Source: Escherichia coli
GTDB taxonomy: Bacteria > Pseudomonadota > Gammaproteobacteria > Enterobacterales > Enterobacteriaceae
Reading direction: 5' to 3' (one strand)
Length of the DNA: 64,000 bases
Assembly: GCF_030384885.1 (NCBI RefSeq)
Contig: NZ_CP128613.1
Of the stretch, positions 56,539 to 64,000 are shown piece after piece (within the stretch, counting starts at the first letter, position 1; every line of letters begins with the position of its first letter). The translations under genes and the position numbers were made by a program. Under the pieces are notes generated by a model. It saw only the letters and a program-made list of their open reading frames with translations, searched no databases and was not told the origin of the DNA.

Positions 56539-58510
56539 ACACTGGTTCTGGACAATCACGACCAAAATGCGCCGCCCAGTCAAAAGATTTACCGTTTTTC
56601 ACGTAGCGTTGATAAATTAATGCACCGGTTTCTGGATCAAGATATCTGATCCAACTTGCAGCATGGCATAACACGGCAGCCCAAGCCTGGGTTTTAGGGT
56701 GAAGTAAATCGGCTGATTGTCCGGCCCATTCCGCAGCCTGCCAGCGGTAATGCAAAAAATGCTCATCAACAGTGGGGATTGCGTGGCGGAAACGTTGTTT
56801 TTCTTTACGACTTATCCACTGATCGTTATTGCTGTATTCAAAGGGTTCTGAATACTGCCCGCTGGTAATGGCATAATCGGGATACATTTCATAAGCCGCC
56901 AATTCGATACCACTGAAACGCAAAAGCCGCGCAGCTTCGTATTGCGCCTGGGCGCGTTGCTTATCAGGGATGTTTTTATTTTTTGCTATCGCCATTAAAT
57001 CAGCCAGTTTTTGTGCGGCCTGGCGATAATTGGGAATATCAAACCAATTGATGGCCTGCTGGTACTGGCCATGACGAATTAATCGTCTACCCAATAACGC
57101 CCGTAATTTAACATCCGTTGGAATGATATCTGGCGAAAGATAATAACCGTCATTGTTATTATTTAAATCTACAGGTTTTAAAGGGTGCTGAGGTACCGGT
57201 ACGTTTTTTTCAACAAACGCCTGTAACTCCGGTAAGGTCAAAACGTTTTCTGCAACCCAGGCTAAATCGGCCCAATAGAGATCTTTGGCCTGGTAAAACA
57301 ATGCGGTGGCCTGAAGATAATCATCGCGTTTTAATGCCAAAATCGCCTGCTCACTGGCAATACGGCAAGATGGGATAATAACTTTATCTCCATGATAATA
57401 AGGACTTTCCGGGTCCATACTTCCCCACACTTCATCGGTCGGGAACATCGGGGCTGCGCGAGCATAGTGACGCGTTGCCAGTGGAATATCTCCGGCTCGT
57501 AATGCCATTTTTGCTTTTAACCATTCGCTTAATCCACTTTCTGGCGCATCCTGCAACAGCGTTTGTGCTAACGAATAATTTCCTGCCCGATACGCCAGTG
57601 CTGCCAGGCGATCGCTATAACTAAATCCTTTAACTCTGTGTTGACTTAGCAACTTAATTAAACGGTCGCGATGCGTTGGACAGGTATAATCTACAAGGTC
57701 CTTAGTACAGGCTTCGCTAACATACCCCCAGTCATGACGAATAAAGAGCTCTGCGATTACCAGTTGCTGAACCAGAGAATCATTAATAACCGACTCCAGC
57801 AGTGGTAAATTTTTCTCCCTGGTTATATACAGCGAAATCATCCGTAGCGACGCTTTCCCGGAGGGCGAACCCTGGGCCGCTTGCCGGGCATACATTTTTA
57901 CTGCCGCAGCGACATCACCTTTTTTCAGATAATAATGCCCAATCTGACCGAGACTGGCGAGAGAGAGCAATTCAGGATCGGCTGCGCCATTACGCACTTC
58001 TTCAATGATTTGCTGATAACGCTGTATGGCCTGCTCAGCAAGTTCCTGATTAAAGCCACCTTTATTGATTATAAGATCGAGATCGTCGTCAGAGGCATCA
58101 AATCCCCCCCTTGCCAGACTATATAGCGCAGCCAGCCGCCATTCTCCTTGCTCTGTTTTCGGCAAGGCTAATAATTGCTGAAAGTATGGGCTATCGTATT
58201 TTCCCTGATGGAAATCCTTAGCTCCTGAATAATAAAGTTCCAGTGCCCGATTTTGCACAGGAGGTTCAGCATCTGTATCTGTCTGCGTTGCCTCTTCAGG
58301 CGTATTTTCTTGCCATACTGGTAAACCAGGATCGCGTTTAACCAACTGTTGTACTTCAAAGACAAAACTGCCATTTGGCATTTCCAGCAGTGCGCTATTG
58401 CGGTCAGTTAACAGATGATTGGGAATAAATGGTCCACAGGCATTAACGTTGGCGCTAATTAGCGAGAGAAATACAACAACGGAAAGCCGCGATATTTTAG
58501 GGGATAACAT
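56516..58510 (-). CDS. Hypothetical large lipoprotein (664 aa) with helical repeat (TPR/Sel1-like) character
   Basis: ORF 56516..58735; start placed at ATG 58510 (MLSPKISRLSVVVFLSLISANVNAC, lipobox) with AGGAGAG RBS; near-native GC; start overlaps upstream gene stop by 14 nt. Confidence 0.75.
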   Translation of the reverse strand: MLSPKISRLSVVVFLSLISANVNACGPFIPNHLLTDRNSALLEMPNGSFVFEVQQLVKRDPGLPVWQENTPEEATQTDTDAEPPVQNRALELYYSGAKDFHQGKYDSPYFQQLLALPKTEQGEWRLAALYSLARGGFDASDDDLDLIINKGGFNQELAEQAIQRYQQIIEEVRNGAADPELLSLASLGQIGHYYLKKGDVAAAVKMYARQAAQGSPSGKASLRMISLYITREKNLPLLESVINDSLVQQLVIAELFIRHDWGYVSEACTKDLVDYTCPTHRDRLIKLLSQHRVKGFSYSDRLAALAYRAGNYSLAQTLLQDAPESGLSEWLKAKMALRAGDIPLATRHYARAAPMFPTDEVWGSMDPESPYYHGDKVIIPSCRIASEQAILALKRDDYLQATALFYQAKDLYWADLAWVAENVLTLPELQAFVEKNVPVPQHPLKPVDLNNNNDGYYLSPDIIPTDVKLRALLGRRLIRHGQYQQAINWFDIPNYRQAAQKLADLMAIAKNKNIPDKQRAQAQYEAARLLRFSGIELAAYEMYPDYAITSGQYSEPFEYSNNDQWISRKEKQRFRHAIPTVDEHFLHYRWQAAEWAGQSADLLHPKTQAWAAVLCHAASWIRYLDPETGALIYQRYVKNGKSFDWAAHFGRDCPEPVFKKDLKK

Positions 58511-59705
58511 TGAACTCTCCTTGTAAATTTGGGGTGCATCGCGCCCATCCCAGCGCACTGCTTTCACCAGCACGCAACTGCCTGGTACTGATGCGAATAA
58601 AACGTAACGAGGATGCGTTGGTTTGTGCCTGATAATGGCCTGCGCCATCAGCATATGTGCATTGAGCAGCAGGCAGCTCGATCTGTTGTGGCAATGGCGC
58701 GTCAATATCACCATTGTTTTTAATGGCCAAATCAATAAGTTGCTTGTCAGCCTGTGGCGAAATTATCAAAGACCAGCGCGGCGTCAAAGGTTTATGGTGA
58801 ATAACGGCATCTAAAGTAGACAGGGACCAGGCGCGGCGATCATTTGCCAGCGGGAGTCGGAACCAGATAAATCCCTGTAACCCTGAGGGCGGTTTTTGTT
58901 CCAGCTGTTGGGTAAAATCAGCCAACGTTTGTGGCGCCACACTCAGCTCCCGCAACTCTTGTGCAATATACAGTGGGGCTTCGCTTTCAATACGGTTATC
59001 GCGCGTCAGCGCAGAACCGTAAGCCGGCAGAGCGATGTAAAAAGGATGGGGAGAAATACGTGCATATTGCGTGCTCCAGCGCTTAGCCAGTTTACTGTCG
59101 AATAATCCCTGTTGCGGCGATAACACCGTATGCACCTGCAAAACAGAAATATCGGCGTCAGCCAGCAGCGCAGGCAGATGTGGTGAATTCAGCCAGTCAG
59201 GTAATGCAGTAATACTGAGTTTTAATTCTGCAGGAAGATTCTGGCGCAATGTCCTTAGCAACTGTTGGTATTCCACCAGTTTTGCCGTTGGCGCATCGAA
59301 ATCAATTTCAATGCCAGCCAGCTTAATACCCGCCTCTTTCCACTCATTCATTGTTCGTACAATGTTCTGCACAACATTTTGTTGATTAATATGAGAGAGC
59401 TTACCGTCCAGTCGCGCAACCAGCCAGACGGGGCGATCATCTTGTTTTATAAATGTTTTATTAACGGCGGTGTAGCGTATACCTTCCTGAGGATGAACTT
59501 GTAGCTCCAGAATGCGTAGCGTTGAGAACAGATTACGGCTCTGTTTTAGTGCGTGCTCATGTTGCGCGGTCCACAAACGCTGCCAGATATAGACTTGTTG
59601 ATCGAGGGGGCGTGTTTTTTGCGGCATAAGCCGGGTCAGCAGCCCATATCCAGAGCCGATAAAAACGATGAGTGAAATGGCAAAAATCCATTTGCGAGAG
59701 GGCAT
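58497..59705 (-). CDS. Hypothetical membrane-anchored periplasmic protein (402 aa); alternating beta-strand/helix pattern and GIEIDFD motif suggest a TIM-barrel glycosidase-like fold (inference)
   Basis: N-terminal TM helix IFAISLIVFIGSGYGLL; motifs VWLVARLDG, AGIKLAGIEIDFDAP, ISVLQVHTV; translationally coupled to downstream lipoprotein gene. Confidence 0.75.
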   Translation of the reverse strand: MPSRKWIFAISLIVFIGSGYGLLTRLMPQKTRPLDQQVYIWQRLWTAQHEHALKQSRNLFSTLRILELQVHPQEGIRYTAVNKTFIKQDDRPVWLVARLDGKLSHINQQNVVQNIVRTMNEWKEAGIKLAGIEIDFDAPTAKLVEYQQLLRTLRQNLPAELKLSITALPDWLNSPHLPALLADADISVLQVHTVLSPQQGLFDSKLAKRWSTQYARISPHPFYIALPAYGSALTRDNRIESEAPLYIAQELRELSVAPQTLADFTQQLEQKPPSGLQGFIWFRLPLANDRRAWSLSTLDAVIHHKPLTPRWSLIISPQADKQLIDLAIKNNGDIDAPLPQQIELPAAQCTYADGAGHYQAQTNASSLRFIRISTRQLRAGESSALGWARCTPNLQGEFNVIP

Positions 59706-59758
59706 TTGAACCCGGAATCCATGTGGTCAATAACAGAAAGTATACTGCGGAACTATTT

Positions 59759-59790
59759 AGCGGAGAAATTATTCCATTAATTTCTCCGCT
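59759..59790. terminator. Perfect 13-bp-arm hairpin between kdgK stop and the downstream operon (candidate terminator/attenuator)
   Basis: agcggagaaatta-ttccat-taatttctccgct; no canonical U-tract on the kdgK transcript side. Confidence 0.4.
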
Positions 59791-59806
59791 ATGATTGATG
59801 TGTTAT

Positions 59807-60736
59807 TTACTGAGGCATGGCTTCGCGAGGAATAATCGCGCCGCGATACTGAATAACGGTACTTGCGGTCAGGTGCCCGCGTTTCGCCGCATTTTCCGCA
59901 CTGGCGCCCGTCAAACGTACCGCCAGATAACCGGCACTGAAAGAGTCGCCAGCTGCAGTGGTATCGATCACTTTTTCTTTTGGCAGTTTCACCGCCGGAA
60001 CATCCACTAACCCCTCGCCAGCAATGGACACCAGGCAAGAATCCGCCCCGCGTTTCACCACCACTTCTTTCACGCCCGCGTTATGGGTGCGCGCAATGAC
60101 GTCTTCCACCGGTTGTTGACCCCACAGCGCGTCTTCGTCGTCCAGCGTCAGGAAGGCGATATCCGTGCATTCCAGCATTTGCTGGTACATCTGCTGTGTC
60201 TCTTCTTTGCTGGCCCACAAGCGCGGACGGTAGTTATTGTCGAAAATCACTTTTCCACCGTTAGTGCGGCATTCGCGCAGCAGGGAAAGCAGCTTTTCGC
60301 GGCTGGTCGGGCTTAAGATTGCCAGGCTAATCCCGCTCAGGTAGAGATAATCAAAATTCGCCAGCTCTGCACAAATCGCTGCGGATTGCTCACTCTCCAG
60401 CCAAAATTTGGCGGCGGCTTCGTTACGCCAGTAGTAGAACGTACGTTCGCCAGTGCTGTCGGTTTCAATGTAGTAAAGACCCGGCAGACGGTTTTCCATC
60501 CGCTGGGTCAGGGAAGTATCAACGTTCTCGCCGTGCCAGGCGTCCAGCATCTGCTGACTAAAACTGTCCGTTCCCAGCGCCGTCACGTAATGAACGGTTA
60601 ATGCCGCAGGATCGACCTGACGGGCGATATAGACGGAAGTGTTCAGGGTATCGCCGCCGAAACCGCGCTTAACGTCCGCGCCTTTCTCGGAAAGCTCAAT
60701 CATGCATTCGCCAATCACGGCAATCTTTTTGGACAT
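59807..60736 (-). CDS. kdgK: 2-dehydro-3-deoxygluconokinase
   Basis: 309 aa; MSKKIAVIGECMIELSEKGADVKRGFGGDTLNTSVYIARQV; PfkB family. Confidence 0.95.
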   Translation of the reverse strand: MSKKIAVIGECMIELSEKGADVKRGFGGDTLNTSVYIARQVDPAALTVHYVTALGTDSFSQQMLDAWHGENVDTSLTQRMENRLPGLYYIETDSTGERTFYYWRNEAAAKFWLESEQSAAICAELANFDYLYLSGISLAILSPTSREKLLSLLRECRTNGGKVIFDNNYRPRLWASKEETQQMYQQMLECTDIAFLTLDDEDALWGQQPVEDVIARTHNAGVKEVVVKRGADSCLVSIAGEGLVDVPAVKLPKEKVIDTTAAGDSFSAGYLAVRLTGASAENAAKRGHLTASTVIQYRGAIIPREAMPQ

Positions 60737-60800
60737 AGTCGTGAACCTGATCTGTAAAAATTAGCGTTAGTTTGCGCTGTGGTGGTTTGCTGGTCAACCA

Positions 60801-60822
60801 TATTAAAACAGTGTTCCATTAT
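60801..60822. promoter_or_regulatory. Candidate KdgR operator upstream of kdgK
   Basis: Imperfect palindrome ttaaaacagtgttccatt resembling the KdgR box (AAAACA n TGTTTC-like half sites). Confidence 0.35.
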
Positions 60823-60891
60823 TTTTTTGAGCCAGAACGTATTCCTGAAAGATTCCGTAGTGGAGTGGGGAAATTTAACCCGGTCAGGCGG

Positions 60892-60918
60892 TAAAGTTCT
60901 GCTCTTGCGCGCCGATAA
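60892..60918 (+). promoter_or_regulatory. Sigma-28 (FliA) class 3 flagellar promoter for pdeH
   Basis: TAAAGTTC - 11 nt - GCCGATAA, matching FliA consensus TAAAGTTT-N11-GCCGATAA, about 50 nt upstream of pdeH ATG. Confidence 0.65.
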
Positions 60919-60966
60919 TCTTTGTCAAGTCCGGGCAGCATCACTTTTAAACACAGGACATCTTTG

Positions 60967-61734
60967 ATGATAAGGCAGGTTATCCAGCGAATAAGCAACC
61001 CTGAAGCAAGCATCGAGAGCTTGCAGGAACGGCGTTTTTGGTTGCAGTGTGAGCGTGCTTACACCTGGCAGCCGATCTATCAAACCTGCGGACGGTTAAT
61101 GGCCGTGGAGCTATTAACGGTGGTCACGCATCCCTCGAACCCTTTACAACGTCTGCCGCCGGATCGCTATTTTACTGAAATCACCGTCAGCCATCGGATG
61201 GAGGTTGTGAAAGAGCAGATTGATTTGCTGGCGCAAAATGCCGACTTCTTTGTCGAGCACGGCCTGCTGGCATCGGTCAATATTGATGGTCCTACGCTCA
61301 TCGCCCTGCGTCAGCAACCAAAAATCCTGCGCCAGATTGAGCATCTTCCCTGGCTGCGTTTCGAACTGGTAGAACACATCCGCCTGCCAAAAGACTCAAC
61401 CTTTGCCTCGATGTGTGAATTTGGTCCGCTGTGGCTGGATGATTTCGGCACTGGGATGGCAAATTTCTCTGCGCTAAGTGAAGTACGTTACGACTACATC
61501 AAAATCGCCCGTGAGCTGTTTGTGATGCTGCGTCAGTCGCCGGAAGGACGCACGCTCTTTTCTCAGCTTTTACATCTAATGAATCGCTATTGTCGCGGGG
61601 TGATTGTCGAAGGTGTGGAAACGCAGGAAGAGTGGCGCGATGTACAAAATTCGCCTGCATTTGCCGCACAAGGCTGGTTTCTTTCACGCCCGGCACCGAT
61701 AGAAACGCTGAATTCGGCAGTTCTGGCGCTATAA
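60967..61734 (+). CDS. pdeH: c-di-GMP phosphodiesterase PdeH (EAL domain)
   Basis: ORF 60922..61734; start at MIRQVIQRISNPEAS gives 255 aa. Confidence 0.92.
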   Translation: MIRQVIQRISNPEASIESLQERRFWLQCERAYTWQPIYQTCGRLMAVELLTVVTHPSNPLQRLPPDRYFTEITVSHRMEVVKEQIDLLAQNADFFVEHGLLASVNIDGPTLIALRQQPKILRQIEHLPWLRFELVEHIRLPKDSTFASMCEFGPLWLDDFGTGMANFSALSEVRYDYIKIARELFVMLRQSPEGRTLFSQLLHLMNRYCRGVIVEGVETQEEWRDVQNSPAFAAQGWFLSRPAPIETLNSAVLAL

Positions 61735-61789
61735 GCTGCCTCATTTTCTGCCTGGCTGGACTATCTTTAGGACTGGCACAGGAAGAAAT

Positions 61790-63865
61790 ATGAGGAAGCG
61801 AATGATGAGCAAGGCAGGCAAAATAACCGCTGCGATTTCAGGGACTTTCTTGTTGTTGATTGTCGTGGCGATCATTTTGATTGCAACATTTGACTGGAAT
61901 CGACTCAAACCGACCATCAACCAGAAAGTCTCTGCGGAGTTGAATCGTCCATTCGCTATCCGTGGCGATCTGGGCGTGGTGTGGGAGCGGCAAAAACAAG
62001 AAACCGGCTGGCGCAGCTGGGTGCCGTGGCCTCATGTGCATGCAGAAGACATCATTCTTGGCAATCCGCCGGATATTCCCGAAGTAACAATGGTGCATTT
62101 GCCGCGGGTAGAAGCGACGCTGGCCCCGCTGGCGTTGCTGACCAAAACGGTCTGGCTGCCGTGGATAAAACTGGAGAAGCCCGACGCGCGTCTGATTCGT
62201 CTCTCTGAAAAGAACAATAACTGGACCTTTAATCTCGCCAATGATGACAACAAAGACATGAATGCAAAGCCGTCTGCGTGGTCGTTTCGACTGGATAATA
62301 TTCTGTTCGATCAAGGGCGGATCGCTATTGATGACAAAGTAAGCAAAGCGGATCTGGAAATTTTTGTCGATCCGTTAGGCAAGCCGCTGCCGTTCAGTGA
62401 AGTTACCGGATCGAAAGGTAAAGCGGACAAAGAAAAGGTGGGCGATTACGTTTTTGGTCTGAAGGCGCAGGGACGTTATAACGGTGAACCGCTCACGGGC
62501 AAAGGTAAAATCGGCGGTATGCTGGCACTACGCGGCGAAGGTACACCGTTTCCGGTACAGGCTGATTTCCGCTCCGGGAATACTCGCGTCGCTTTTGATG
62601 GCGTCGTGAATGACCCAATGAAGATGGGCGGTGTCGATTTACGGCTTAAATTTTCTGGCGATTCGCTGGGTGATCTCTATGAACTGACGGGCGTTCTGCT
62701 GCCCGATACCCCGCCGTTTGAAACGGATGGTCGGCTGGTAGCGAAAATCGACACTGAAAAATCGTCGGTCTTTGATTATCGCGGTTTTAATGGGCGCATT
62801 GGCGATAGCGATATCCACGGTTCTCTGGTCTACACCACCGGCAAGCCACGACCAAAACTGGAAGGTGATGTCGAATCGCGGCAATTGCGGCTGGCAGATT
62901 TAGGGCCATTGATTGGCGTTGATTCTGGAAAAGGTGCAGAAAAGTCGAAACGGTCTGAGCAGAAGAAAGGCGAAAAAAGCGTTCAGCCTGCGGGCAAAGT
63001 GCTGCCTTATGACCGCTTCGAAACCGATAAATGGGACGTCATGGATGCCGATGTCCGCTTCAAAGGTCGGCGCATTGAACATGGTAGTAGCTTGCCGATT
63101 AGCGATCTCTCTACCCATATCATTCTCAAAAATGCTGACCTGCGCCTGCAACCGCTGAAATTTGGCATGGCAGGCGGCAGCATTGCGGCGAATATTCATC
63201 TGGAAGGCGATAAAAAGCCGATGCAAGGGCGGGCTGATATTCAGGCGCGTCGGCTGAAACTCAAAGAACTGATGCCCGATGTAGAACTGATGCAGAAGAC
63301 GCTGGGGGAAATGAACGGTGACGCGGAACTACGCGGTAGCGGTAACTCGGTGGCGGCGCTTTTAGGCAACAGTAACGGCAACCTGAAACTGTTGATGAAT
63401 GACGGGCTGGTGAGCCGCAACCTGATGGAGATTGTCGGCCTGAATGTCGGCAACTACATTGTCGGTGCGATATTTGGTGATGATGAGGTGCGGGTGAACT
63501 GCGCGGCAGCGAATCTGGATATTGCCAACGGTGTAGCGCGTCCGCAGATTTTTGCTTTTGATACTGAGAATGCGTTGATCAATGTTACCGGCACGGCAAG
63601 TTTTGCTTCGGAGCAACTGGATTTGACTATCGATCCAGAAAGTAAAGGGATTCGGATTATCACACTGCGTTCGCCGCTGTATGTGCGTGGGACATTTAAA
63701 AATCCGCAGGCTGGGGTGAAAGCCGGACCGTTGATTGCTCGCGGAGCCGTCGCGGCGGCACTGGCAACGCTGGTAACACCGGCGGCGGCGTTACTGGCGC
63801 TGATCTCTCCTTCCGAAGGGGAGGCTAATCAGTGTCGGACGATTTTGTCGCAGATGAAGAAGTGA
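61790..63865 (+). CDS. yhjG: AsmA-family protein YhjG
   Basis: 691 aa from first ATG (alternative starts at 61802/61805 give 687/686 aa); N-terminal TM helix. Confidence 0.88.
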   Translation: MRKRMMSKAGKITAAISGTFLLLIVVAIILIATFDWNRLKPTINQKVSAELNRPFAIRGDLGVVWERQKQETGWRSWVPWPHVHAEDIILGNPPDIPEVTMVHLPRVEATLAPLALLTKTVWLPWIKLEKPDARLIRLSEKNNNWTFNLANDDNKDMNAKPSAWSFRLDNILFDQGRIAIDDKVSKADLEIFVDPLGKPLPFSEVTGSKGKADKEKVGDYVFGLKAQGRYNGEPLTGKGKIGGMLALRGEGTPFPVQADFRSGNTRVAFDGVVNDPMKMGGVDLRLKFSGDSLGDLYELTGVLLPDTPPFETDGRLVAKIDTEKSSVFDYRGFNGRIGDSDIHGSLVYTTGKPRPKLEGDVESRQLRLADLGPLIGVDSGKGAEKSKRSEQKKGEKSVQPAGKVLPYDRFETDKWDVMDADVRFKGRRIEHGSSLPISDLSTHIILKNADLRLQPLKFGMAGGSIAANIHLEGDKKPMQGRADIQARRLKLKELMPDVELMQKTLGEMNGDAELRGSGNSVAALLGNSNGNLKLLMNDGLVSRNLMEIVGLNVGNYIVGAIFGDDEVRVNCAAANLDIANGVARPQIFAFDTENALINVTGTASFASEQLDLTIDPESKGIRIITLRSPLYVRGTFKNPQAGVKAGPLIARGAVAAALATLVTPAAALLALISPSEGEANQCRTILSQMKK

Positions 63866-63871
63866 TGGAAA

Positions 63872-63975
63872 CTGCCGGATGCGGCGTGAACGCCTTATCC
63901 GGCCTACAAATCCTTGCGAATTCAATATATTTTATGGAAATTCAGGCCTGATAAGCGTAGCGCATCAGGCTTTTC
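63872..63975. repeat. REP elements (two inverted REP-like units) downstream of yhjG
   Basis: tgccggatgcggcgtgaacgccttatccggcctac and aggcctgataagcgtagcgcatcaggc. Confidence 0.65.
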
Positions 63976-64000
63976 ACTCTTATTACAACGACTGATGTCG

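Noticed and set aside
54158-59806. Prophage, integrative element or IS-mediated origin for the yhjJ-kdgK island
   Set aside because: No integrase, recombinase, transposase, phage structural gene or terminal inverted repeats are visible. The mechanism of acquisition remains unknown and the region is not called a mobile element.

Overview
This window is an Escherichia coli-type chromosomal segment collinear with the K-12 xylR to yhjG region, read in reverse orientation relative to K-12. Gene order: xylR (partial), xylHGF, xylAB, yiaB, yiaA, wecH, ysaB, glyQS, hokA, cspA, yiaG, yiaF, ghrB, yiaD, bisC, yiaC-tag, yhjY, yhjX, eptB, tRNA-Pro(CGG) proK, dppABCDF, yhjV, two tandem ldr/rdl type I toxin loci, the cellulose locus bcsGFE and bcsRQABZC, pdeK, dctA, yhjJ, kdgK, pdeH, yhjG. 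Gene identities come from recalled protein sequences and lengths, not from a database search. The main unexplained material is a ~5.6 kb accessory insertion between the convergent genes yhjJ and kdgK, which are adjacent in K-12 as I recall. It holds an AT-rich (about one third GC) cassette of five small plus-strand ORFs, one of which resembles EF-Tu domain 3, and a two-gene minus-strand operon of a membrane-anchored protein and a large lipoprotein. No integrase, transposase or IS element is visible. Other departures from K-12 are an intact bcsQ, an intact hokA locus without IS150, a duplicated ldr/rdl module, and a premature TGA in yhjY. All functional proposals for the island are hypotheses from sequence reading only.
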